From positions 1,440,001-1,504,000 of the forward strand of contig CBDFIQ010000002.1 in assembly GCA_965248195.1 (NCBI GenBank): a stretch of DNA of 64,000 bases. Reading direction: 5' to 3'. Below the pieces are notes generated by a model, which did not search any database, was not told the DNA's origin, and saw nothing but the letters and a program-made list of their open reading frames with translations. Each line of letters opens with the position of its first letter. The stretch's first letter is position 1. Of this stretch, positions 1-9,434 are shown one piece after another. The translations under genes and the position numbers were made by a program. The stretch comes from Longimicrobiales bacterium. Lineage in GTDB: Bacteria > Gemmatimonadota > Gemmatimonadetes > Longimicrobiales > Gaopeijiaceae.

Positions 1-613
1 CAAGATCAAAGGCCGGATCGAGGAGATCAAAGTCGCCGTCGAAAAGTCCACGTCGGACTACGATAGCGAGAAGCTCCAGGAGCGGCTGGCCAAGCTGTCC
101 GGGGGTGTCGCCGTGATCAACGTCGGAGCCGCGACCGAGACCGAGATGAAAGAAAAGAAGGCTCTGGTCGAGGACGCGCTGCACGCGACGCGCGCCGCAG
201 TGGAGGAGGGCATCGTGCCGGGTGGCGGCGTGGCCTTCATTCGGGCGCAGCAGGCGCTGGCGGACTTGAGTGCCGAGGAGCACGACGAGCAGGTCGGGAT
301 CGACATCCTCCGACGGGCTCTCGAAGCTCCGATTCGTCAGATCGCGATCAACGCGGGGGCCGATGGGTCCATCGTGGTGGCCAAGGTCCGTGACGGTAAG
401 GGCGCCCTGGGCTTCAACGCGCTGACGGAGGATTACGAGGACCTGGTCAAGGCCGGTATCATCGATCCGACCAAGGTCACCCGGTCGGCGCTGCAGAACG
501 CTGCGTCGATCGCGGGCCTGCTTCTCACGACCGAAGCGGTGATCGTGGAGCAGCCCGAGGAGACCCCCGCACCGCCCATGCCGGGCGGCGGCGGTATGGA
601 CGGAATGTATTAG
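1..613 (+). CDS. groL: Chaperonin GroEL, 5'-truncated by the window edge
   Basis: [55 protein letters not shown] and a GGM-type tail. Confidence 0.98.
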   Translation, partial: KIKGRIEEIKVAVEKSTSDYDSEKLQERLAKLSGGVAVINVGAATETEMKEKKALVEDALHATRAAVEEGIVPGGGVAFIRAQQALADLSAEEHDEQVGIDILRRALEAPIRQIAINAGADGSIVVAKVRDGKGALGFNALTEDYEDLVKAGIIDPTKVTRSALQNAASIAGLLLTTEAVIVEQPEETPAPPMPGGGGMDGMY

Positions 614-666
614 GGGCTGCCTCTAGCCGTATCACTCGCCTTTTGAGGCATGGCATGGTGAGTCTA

Positions 667-702
667 GCGCCCCCGGTGTCGCGTAGCGATGCCGGGGGCG
701 TT
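667..702. terminator. GC-rich hairpin between convergent genes, probable terminator
   Basis: gcgcccccggtgtcgc-gta-gcgatgccgggggcgt stem-loop; weak U-tract. Confidence 0.6.
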
Positions 703-772
703 GTGCGCCAGGGGCGTCAGCCGGGGGGACACCAAGCCGCTTCGGCGACCCCGTGCGACGCGCCCTAGCGGA

Positions 773-3193
773 TCAGCGGTGCGCCCACAACGAGTCGAGC
801 TTCGCGTAGAGGTCCGGCTCGGCGGCACTCGCTCTCTTGAGCAGATGGTCTCGCATCAGCGGATCGATCCGTCCAATTGACGCCGCGCGCGCGGCGATGC
901 GCTCGAGTCCGAGTCGGTCCATCGCCCACGGCTCGATCCCGTACCGTGTCGGATTGGAGACGATTGGATCGTAGCGCGCGCCCTCGTCGCCACTGGTAAC
1001 GAGGAACTCGAGGACCGGACGGTCGTCGGTGTTGACCCGAGCGGGCGCGCCCCAGTCGGAAACCAGCTGGCCGAACAGGTCCGACGACAGGCGAACGGCA
1101 TCGAAATGTTCGTCCACCCGGATTGCCCCCAGAGTCTGTTCCATGACCCTTGTGAGGTCCGCGTCGAAGTGCTCGACATCGACCGGCCGCGCCGAAAGCG
1201 CCAACTGCCCAGCGGAACATGCGGTCATGTAGTACGACCTTCTGAGCAGCCACAGGTCACACGTCGCAAAGACCTCCGACAGGGTCCGCAAGACGGTTTC
1301 GAGTCCTCGAGCGGTCATGTCGTACGGCGCGAGCCACGTCACGAAGACGCCGTCCTCGGCGAGGGCTCGACGCACCGCTCGGTAGAACTCCAGCGTGTAG
1401 ATCTTGGACGCCGCGTAGTACGTGGGAGCCGGGATCGAATTGACGATCGCGTCGTACTCCCCTTCTCGAGCGGACAGAAAGGTCCGCCCGTCCCCGATGG
1501 TCAGGCGGACGTTGTCGCGCCCGAGCACGTCGAGGTTGGCGTCGTGCAGATTGGCGGCCTGGGCGACGAACGCTCCATTGATCTCGACGACGTCCACCTG
1601 AGCGAAGACCCGAGCCGCGGCGCCTGCGGTGAGTCCGGTCCCGAGACCGAGCACTGCGGCCCGCCCCGTCCGCGGTGCGACGAGCGACGGCACGACACCA
1701 CTGACGAGCTCTGCCAGATTCACGACACCGTTCCGCCTCGCATAGATGCTGGGGTGTCCGTTGTAGGAGACCCAGTCCTCCCCGGGCGAACGAACGAGCG
1801 TGGCGCTTTCACCCCACCATCGAAACACCCGAACCTCCGAGCCGCGGGAAGACTCCGCGTAGCGCCCGAGCTGGAAGGCACCCTCGTCCCAGCTTCCGGC
1901 CAAAAGGACCGCAGCGGCCACCGCGACCGCGCTCGCGATGCGCGCACGGCTTCGCCCTCCGTCCCTCCCTCTCTCTCTGCCTCCGTCCCTCCGTTCCTCC
2001 GCCAAAGCGGCGGCCCCCCAGCAAACGACGGTGAGCAGCGCGACGAGCCCACCCATCGGTAGCAGGGGATGCAGCACGCCGATGAAGGCGAGGTAGCCGA
2101 CGGCATTGCCGATCCCCGCAAGCCACAACAGCGCTCCGGATTCCTCGGCGACCGCACCCTCACGCCCGAGGAGCGCCGGCACGGTGGCGCCGAAACACAT
2201 GAGTGGAAGAAGCCCCAGCGAACTCGCCGCCATGAGTCGGGCCAGGAGCCCTCCAATCGCTCCGCTTCCGAGACCGGCGCTCAGCGCGCCGTAAAGTGCC
2301 CCGACGCCAGGCAGGAGGAGGTAGCCAACCGAGGCCGTGACGCCGGCGGCGAGCACGACGGAGGAGAAGCGAAGGCGGCTGCGCGAAACGACCACGGTGC
2401 CGGCGGCGATGCCGAACAGGACCACGGCCAGCCCGACCGCGAAGTTCTCCCGGTGGGGCGAGAACGTCAGGTAGAGGCTCTTGAGGAATGCCATCTGGAA
2501 GACACCGCTCGCCACGCTCACGGCGAACAGGGCGAGTCTCAGCCTTCCCGACGCCAAGACGGCCGGCGCCCGCGGACGACGATGCTGCGTGCCCCCGATC
2601 GCGAACAGCGCCAGGCCGATGAGGAGGTTCGCACCGCCCAGAAGCCATAGGGACCACGTGACGCCGACGGCCCGTAGCAGGACGAGCTCAATGAGGACAA
2701 CCCCTGCGGCGGCACCGAAGTTGTAGAGCCCGTAGATATCGGGGAAGGCCGCTCCGGCTGTGGCTCCAGCCTCATGGCGGACGGCCTTCACGTACGCGCT
2801 GAAGAGGGGCAGGCTGAAGCCGATCGCGAAGGCGGGGGAGGCGACGAGCGCCATGGTCGCAAGCGACGCTCCAACCGGGCTCGCCACGCCTCCCAGGGCA
2901 CCGGCCGCGACGACCCACGCCGTCAACAGAGGGAAAAGCAGAGCGTATACGCCGATGACGACCTCGAACGCCGCAAGCCAGCGGTGCGCCCGGTGCGCTA
3001 CCCGGGCGCCGACTGCCGTCCCGATGAGGAAGGTGCTCAGGAGAGCGGCGTGCACCCAGAGAGCGTCCCCCAGTGCCGTCGTGAGCGTTCGTATGTATAG
3101 GACCTCGTACCCGAGCGCACACACGCCCGACGCCACTGCCATCATCTCCAGCCCTGCGGCGACCCCGCGACCGCTGCCCGTTCCTTGGTTCAT
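773..3193 (-). CDS. Multi-TM protein fused to a spermidine synthase-like SAM-binding domain (paralog 3)
   Basis: Many hydrophobic helices with YEV...R..LG, then VLGLGTG, VEIN, GDGR, YTLEFY, NTDDRPVLEF. Start placed at ATG 3193 (MNQGTG); the ORF-track extension overlaps the upstream gene. Confidence 0.85.
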   Translation of the reverse strand: MNQGTGSGRGVAAGLEMMAVASGVCALGYEVLYIRTLTTALGDALWVHAALLSTFLIGTAVGARVAHRAHRWLAAFEVVIGVYALLFPLLTAWVVAAGALGGVASPVGASLATMALVASPAFAIGFSLPLFSAYVKAVRHEAGATAGAAFPDIYGLYNFGAAAGVVLIELVLLRAVGVTWSLWLLGGANLLIGLALFAIGGTQHRRPRAPAVLASGRLRLALFAVSVASGVFQMAFLKSLYLTFSPHRENFAVGLAVVLFGIAAGTVVVSRSRLRFSSVVLAAGVTASVGYLLLPGVGALYGALSAGLGSGAIGGLLARLMAASSLGLLPLMCFGATVPALLGREGAVAEESGALLWLAGIGNAVGYLAFIGVLHPLLPMGGLVALLTVVCWGAAALAEERRDGGRERGRDGGRSRARIASAVAVAAAVLLAGSWDEGAFQLGRYAESSRGSEVRVFRWWGESATLVRSPGEDWVSYNGHPSIYARRNGVVNLAELVSGVVPSLVAPRTGRAAVLGLGTGLTAGAAARVFAQVDVVEINGAFVAQAANLHDANLDVLGRDNVRLTIGDGRTFLSAREGEYDAIVNSIPAPTYYAASKIYTLEFYRAVRRALAEDGVFVTWLAPYDMTARGLETVLRTLSEVFATCDLWLLRRSYYMTACSAGQLALSARPVDVEHFDADLTRVMEQTLGAIRVDEHFDAVRLSSDLFGQLVSDWGAPARVNTDDRPVLEFLVTSGDEGARYDPIVSNPTRYGIEPWAMDRLGLERIAARAASIGRIDPLMRDHLLKRASAAEPDLYAKLDSLWAHR

Positions 3194-3204
3194 GTCGGCG
3201 TCGG

Positions 3205-5492
3205 TCAGTCTTGCGCGAGGGGAGAGTCCATGATCGAGATCCCCGCCACTCCGTGTGACCACCGGTACTCGAGCGGCCCACGGCCTGGACCTCGTCCATG
3301 GTTGAGAAAGCCTTGCGCACGACTCCCGTGAGCGTCTCCTCCGGCGTCCCCTGCTCCAGCGCGACGAGCGCGCGACGCGCATCCGGGCTCAGCCGCTCGA
3401 GACGAGGCACGATGTCATGAGGGGTCTCGTCTCGAAACGCAACGACGATGTGTGACGTCTCCCCGTACGCCGGAACGTACAGCACGGTGGGAAAGACCTC
3501 TTGGATGCCGCGAACCAGGAGTGGCAGATCCTCTCCCCAGAACAGCTGCGTGAAGACGCCTCCGGGTTCGAGGCGTTCGCGCGCCTCACGCCAGAAGTCG
3601 ACCGTGTAAAGCCCCGACGATCCGGGCAGGTACGGGTCGAGCACGTTCACATTGATGATGTCGTACGTGCGATCGGACGATACGAGCGCTTGCCGGCCGT
3701 CACCCTGTGCCAGACGCACCCGGGGATCGTCGAGAAGCCGGAAGTTGTGCGGCGCGAATTTGGCCTGTTCGGCGATGAGGAATGGGAGGATCTCGATCGT
3801 CGTGATGTCCTCCACCTGCGGATACAGCGTAAACGTCCCGGCGGTGATGCCGTAACCGGTGCCCACGTTGAGCACGCTGGACGTACGCTTTGCGAGGACC
3901 ATGGACAGGTGCGCGGGCATCTGCTGGGCATGGGTCGTCTGCAGGTCTCCCAGATCGAAGACGAGGCTCAGGCGGTTGTTTCGCACCCGAATCGTGTTCC
4001 TCGTCGTGAGCGTCATCACCTGCACGCCGTACTCGTCTTCGTTCGCGGTGATGAGGGTCTCGTCCGGGCGGAGGAGCACCAGGCTCGTCGGGGCGATGGC
4101 CGCTCCGAGCAGCACACCGACGCATACGACCCCCGACGTCACGTACGCCGCGGGGCTGCGCAGACTCCAAGCGATCAGCCCGGCACCGAGAAACCCGGAA
4201 GCCAGACCGAGCGAGGCAAACCCCTGCATCGTACCGGGGCCCCGCGCCAGCACGTACCCGGCCCCGACGGCTCCCACCACGGCACCGATGGTGTTCACGA
4301 AGTACAGCCGTCCGATCACCCGGCTCGGATCCCGGTCGAGCGCACGCGCGGCCCGCGCGAGGAGCGGAAAGACGATGCCGAGCACACCGATGGACGGAGC
4401 CACCAGGAGGGCCATGATCGCGGTGCGCCGAGCCGCTTCGGGCAGGCCCGGCAGGAGGCCGGCAATGCCCCCACCCGCCACGGTGGCGGTGGCGAGCATC
4501 ACGGAGACGCCATGAATCAGCGCGCCGAGCGAAAGACACGCGCCCACTGTCCCCAGAACCCGTCGCTTCGTCATAGCCCCGACTCGGACCGCGATGGGCG
4601 CAGCCAGCAGGCTCGCAGCGCCGAGCGCCGCGATGAAGATGAAGAGCAGGACGGAGATCGCCATCGTACGATCGCCCAAAAGGAAACGCGCGATTCGTCC
4701 CCATAACACCTCGTACCCGAGGATCAGCGCGCCGCTCGTGAAGGCCAGCGTCCAGAGCCAGGCGCCGTCGAGCCCCTCACGTTGGCCTTCGGCGTCACCT
4801 TGCCAGCTGCCGTCGAGCCCGTCCCGTTCGACTTCGGCGCCACCGTGGGCGGGGACTGGTGCCCGCCCGACGAGTTGCGCCCCCCCCCGGACGCCTCGCT
4901 TCGCGACAACAAAAGCCAGACAGCCGACAGTGACGTTGAGCGAGACGGCGATTCCGACAGCCCCGAGCAGCCCTATCCACCAGATCAGGAACAGTCCCGC
5001 CGACGCCGCCCCCAGCGCCGCTCCGAGCGTGTTCCAGCCGTACAACTCCGTGACTTTGCGGTGCGGCAACTCCCACTCGGCGACCGCGCCGAGCAATACC
5101 GGGAGCGTCCCACCCATGAGTACGGTCGGCACGGCGAGCATGGCTGCGGACACGAGCATCGTGAGGGCGAGCGACGGACCGAACGACTCCGGGGTGGAAA
5201 GGAGGCCCGCGGCGGTCGCACCACCCACATGCGCCGCATAGGTGACCAGCCACGCACTGATGCCGATCGCTACTTCCATCAGCGCATACAGACGGAGCGC
5301 CCCCGCCCCGCGCGCCCTTATACGGCCGAATACCCACGCCCCCGCGGCGAGTCCCGCCAGGAAGACCGAGAATACGACCGTCATGGAGATCGCCGTCGAT
5401 CCGACGACGTCGGCCAGCATACGGGTCCAAACCACCTCGTAGATGAGACCTGCGCAGCCGGAGAAAAAGAAGAGGGCGATGAGTAGGGTCAC
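3205..5492 (-). CDS. Multi-TM protein fused to a spermidine synthase-like domain (paralog 2), probable frameshift or deletion near 3245
   Basis: LFFFSGCAGLIYEVVWTR, MGGTLP, LYGWNTLG, NVGTGYG, IEI, GDGR, GLYTVDFW. GTG start at 5492 after GGGAG. As read, the ORF runs out of frame into the next gene to 2772; another frame ends GISIMDSPLAQD* at 3205, just before the next ATG. Confidence 0.75.
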
Positions 5493-6195
5493 GAGGAGGT
5501 CCGCTCCCGTGCGGGGTGCGGCTGGCCGGCGGCGGGGCGCACCTAGAACGCCAACACCTGAAAGAGGTTGCTGTAGTCGTCGGTCCACATACGAACCCGC
5601 TTGTGGCTCCGTGCCTGCCGCCAAGTCGCTTCGGCGACCTGGTCCGTGCTGAGAAACTCGTCGTTCGTGCTGAGAAGCATCCAGTCGGCGCTATATGTCG
5701 ACATGGGACCGTTATCAGTGGAAACGTACGCCGCCTCCATCTCGAAGTGCTGAGCCACCTTTTGCAAGACCGGCTCGAGATCCAAATGCCGGCTCGTGAA
5801 ATGGACCGCGATCACGCCGTCAGGCTTGAGATGGCGTCGGTAGATCTCGAACGCCTCTTTTGTCAGGAGATGGACAGGTATCGCATCGCTCGTGAACGCA
5901 TCGAGGACCAAAATGTCGAACGCTTGTGGGGCCTCGCGTTCCATCGAGAGCCGGGCGTCCCCCAGAACCACCTCAACTCGTCCCTCGGAGTCGGCCAAGT
6001 AGGAGAAGTAGTCCGTCGCCATGCGCAGGACGTCGGAATTGATCTCGTAGAATCGGATGTAGTCACCCGGCAGGCCGTATGCCGCGAGGGTCCCGACACC
6101 TAGTCCAACCACACCGATTCGCCGTTCGGACCAGCGTGGGAAAGCCCGGAACGTCACCCCGATGCCGCTGGTCGGCGTGAAGTAGGTCGTCGGAG

Positions 6196-7571
6196 GGTCA
6201 AGTCCCGATTTGTGTGTAAAAGCGGAGGAAGCTCCTCGCCTTCGGCTAGGCTGCTTGGGCGACCTCCTGTTTCTGGAGGAGTGAGAGGTCGAGGTAACGC
6301 CGGTCGCCCCAGACGTGTGTGGTCCTGAGTGCGACGGCCGTGATGAGCCTGAGGGCGCTGGCCCGGTCCGGGAAGGCGCCGGCGGCCTTGATCCTGCGTT
6401 TGATCTCGCCGTGCAGCCGCTCGAGGCTGTTGGTGGTACGCAGCCGGGGCCAGTGCGCCTCGGGGAACGCGTAGAACTGCGTCGCTGCCCCGAAGCCCCG
6501 CTCCAGGACCTCCACGGCCTCGGGCAGCTCCTTCTTCCAGCGTGCGCCGAACTCGCCCAGGAGCTTCTTCGCCTCGGCGAGTCCGGATGTCTGGAAGATC
6601 ACCGAGACCTCACGCGCCACGCGCTTGCGTAGGCGGTGGGGGACCCTCGCCCCCACATTACGCTGCAGATGGACCGTACACCTCTGACGGCGTGCCTCGG
6701 GCAGGAAGCGGCGGACCGCAGCTGCCAGGCCTGCGTGCTCATCGGCGATCACGAGCTCGACACCGCCGAGGCCGCGGTCCTGGAGTTGCTCGAGGAGCTC
6801 CGACCAGCTCTGCTGCGACTCCTCAGCGCCCAGCGTGACGGCCAGGAGCCGTCGGTGACCCTCAGGGCCCACTGCATACGCCACGAGCGCACTCACGTTC
6901 TCGACTTTGCGGGCCCAGCGGGCGTCCAAGAACGTGGCGTCCAGGTACAGATAGGGGTGAGGCCCCTCGATCGGCGCACGGCGCAGCCCTTCCACGGCCT
7001 CGTCGAGCCGTTTTGCCACACGACTCACCGTCGAGCGCCCAACACGCTCGCCCATCAGCGCCTCGGTGACGTCGCCCATCTTGCGCTGTGACACGCCGCT
7101 CACATACGCCTCGACCATCATCTCGTCGAGCTCGGGGCTCCTGCGCTGGTAGCGGCCGATCACGTCGGCCGGCGAACCGTTGTCCCGGCTCCGGGGCATG
7201 GCGACCTCGATCTGCCCCAGGCTCGTCAGCAGCCGCCTCAGGTATGTGCCGTTCCTATGGTCCTTCCGGCTTCCCACCCGCTCGAAGCGGCGTGCACCTA
7301 CCATGGCCTTCAGCTCCTCTTCCAGCACCATCTCGAGCGTCAGCCGGATCGCGCCTTGAAACAGCTCGCGCAAATCATCGCGTAGCTCGTCTTGCGTGGC
7401 CCGACCGATCTCCACAATCTCTTGCATCGGAAGCTCCTCTCCGGTTCCGAGCCTGCTCTGCAGACCCGGACTCCCGGGTTCATGTGACAGTGAACAACAA
7501 CAGAGGAGCTTCCGTTTTTCTTTCCCTCCTGTCCAGCTTATCCGCTTTTACACAAATCTAGGGACACTACC
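6196..7571 (-). mobile_element. IS256-family insertion sequence, 1376 bp, apparently complete
   Basis: Imperfect terminal inverted repeats (ggtcaagtcccgatttgtgtgtaaaagcgga vs ggtagtgtccctagatttgtgtaaaagcgga) and 8-bp target duplication CGTCGGAG at 6188-6195 and 7572-7579. Confidence 0.95.
6246..7427 (-). CDS. IS256-family DDE transposase
   Basis: RNGTYLR, YLYLDAT, IADEHAGL, QRCTVHLQRN, LRTTNSLERLHGEIKRR. Confidence 0.96.
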   Translation of the reverse strand: MQEIVEIGRATQDELRDDLRELFQGAIRLTLEMVLEEELKAMVGARRFERVGSRKDHRNGTYLRRLLTSLGQIEVAMPRSRDNGSPADVIGRYQRRSPELDEMMVEAYVSGVSQRKMGDVTEALMGERVGRSTVSRVAKRLDEAVEGLRRAPIEGPHPYLYLDATFLDARWARKVENVSALVAYAVGPEGHRRLLAVTLGAEESQQSWSELLEQLQDRGLGGVELVIADEHAGLAAAVRRFLPEARRQRCTVHLQRNVGARVPHRLRKRVAREVSVIFQTSGLAEAKKLLGEFGARWKKELPEAVEVLERGFGAATQFYAFPEAHWPRLRTTNSLERLHGEIKRRIKAAGAFPDRASALRLITAVALRTTHVWGDRRYLDLSLLQKQEVAQAA

Positions 7572-9126
7572 CGTCGGAGAGCGCCGTCTGCTCGGGGCCA
7601 GGTATTGCACCCCGTGCAAGATGCGTCCGTTTAGCAAATGGTGCGTCTCAAAAGGGGTGCCAGCCTCTTCTCCATACACGCGCAGCGTCCCATAAAAATT
7701 GCGCGAGCGGGCGATGGTGAAACTCGTGGATTGCACGTGGAGGGTCAGTGTCACTGCGAGGACCAGCCAGCTGAGGCGAATCGTGCCCCAGGCCCACCGA
7801 GGTCGGCCCCCGTACAACGCCGACTCCTTGTCGCCGCTTATGGCCAGGAGCACCAAGGCACCGCAGGCCAACAGCCCCAGGTGCAACTCGACGAGGAGAT
7901 TGAAAACAAGCGGAGCAACGACCCCGACAAGAACGCCACCCAGGACACCACCGGCCGCGATCCACAGAAAATAGCTCGTCAAATACCGCGGGTGGGGTCT
8001 CAGACGGGCGAGCTCTCCATGACAAGCCATACAGCAGACAAACAGGGCCGCCGAATGCACGCCGATCTGTAGCAGGACCGGAGCGTCGACGTCGTAATAG
8101 AGCATCCACACGACCCCGGCCATCGCCGGGATGAGGGCGAAGGTGAATACGGTGCGGTTATACCACCTGTCGTGATCGAAGGCGATGATGAACGACAGGA
8201 GATAAAGGCTCAGCGGCAGTACCCATAGGAACGGGATCGCAGCCACGTCCTGCGACATCTGATTCGTAGCCGCAAGCAGCAAGACCGAAGCGGCCGCGGG
8301 CAATCCCAGCCAGAGCAGGCGGGTGGTCCGCTTGGAACGAGGGGGCCGGTTGTCGGAGGGTACCTCGGTAGCGTCGGCGGTGTCGGATATCGCGAGGGTG
8401 GCTTGCTGTCGCCAGATCCACATAGCGCAGGCGGCACTCAGCATGGCAAAGAGGCCGAAACCCCCGGACCACAGTTGGGTCTGCGCCGTTCGGCCGATCG
8501 CCGGCTCGACGAGAACGGGATAGCTGACGAGTGCGAGTAGCGACCCCACGTTGGACAGGGCGTACAGTCGGTAGGGTGAAACCCCGGGGCGCAGTCGGGT
8601 GAACCAAGCCTGAAGCAGGGGAGACGTAGATGCGAGAACGAGGAACGGCCAACCGAGTGTGACCAGAAGCAAGAGCAGGATCTGCGGGGTGGGCGCATCG
8701 ACCGCTTCTGGTTTCCAGTGTTCCGCGGGCGTGATGGGCAGCAGCGCGAGCCCTACCACCAACAACGCGAGATGTAATGCCGCCTGGCCGCGCGGTCGAA
8801 AATACCGGATGCTGAAGTGGGCGTACGCGTATCCCCCGAGCAAGAGGGCCTGGAAGAAGAGCATCGCGGTAGTCCAGACCGATGGGCTGCCGCCGAACCA
8901 GGGCAGGATGTACTTGGCGATGATCGGCTGGACCTGAAACAGCAAAAAGGCTGCTGTGAAGATCGTCACCGCGAATATGGGCATGCCAACTCCTTCGCTC
9001 CGAAACCGGCTGGTCGGGGCGCTTACCAAGCCACCAGTTTCAAGTATAGGACTGAAACACTTGATGAGTGAAGATTTCCCGACAAGACTTTGAGAGGACG
9101 TTATTCTCAACCCGGGGTGGTACTCC

Positions 9127-9288
9127 ATGAAGGGCTTACTCAACTTTTTTGGGATGTCGGTAGGCGGATGGATCGGCTGGGCCCTAGGCGCCCAGGTTTC
9201 CATCTTTACCGCGTTCATCGTCAGCATGGTGGGGACCGGCTTGGGGCTCTTCTATACCCGGCGTGCACTAAAGCGCCTTCTACCTTGA
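9127..9288 (+). CDS. Small 53-aa two-helix membrane protein, absent from the ORF track
   Basis: Manual translation MKGLLNFFGMSVGGWIGWALGAQVSIFTAFIVSMVGTGLGLFYTRRALKRLLP*; purine-rich GGGGTGG upstream. Confidence 0.7.
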   Translation: MKGLLNFFGMSVGGWIGWALGAQVSIFTAFIVSMVGTGLGLFYTRRALKRLLP

Positions 9289-9434
9289 AGGCAGGGCCCA
9301 CCCCCCTTTCCATCACCCTCCTAGCCCTTTATCCCCCGCGACTGAACCGGTAGCTTCTCCGTTCGAGCCGATCTCGTCCCACGGTAGGGGAGGGGGCCGG
9401 CGCTCTTTTTTCCGGACGCCGAGGAAGGCCCGCG

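Larger units (their letters stand above)
5543..8984 (-). pseudogene. Multi-TM spermidine synthase-like gene (paralog 1) interrupted by IS256
   Basis: 5' part 8984-7572 (MPIFAVTIFTAAFLLFQVQP...HGVQY) and 3' part 6187-5543 (GLGVGT, YEIN, GDAR, DAFTSDAIPVHLLTKEA, WTDDYSNL). Removing the IS and one target copy restores the frame RRRSPTTYFTPTSGIG. GAAGGAG RBS before ATG 8984. Confidence 0.92.

Noticed and set aside
9290..9434. T-box riboswitch upstream of thrS
   Set aside because: No AAGGTGGNACC-type T-box sequence and the leader is too short
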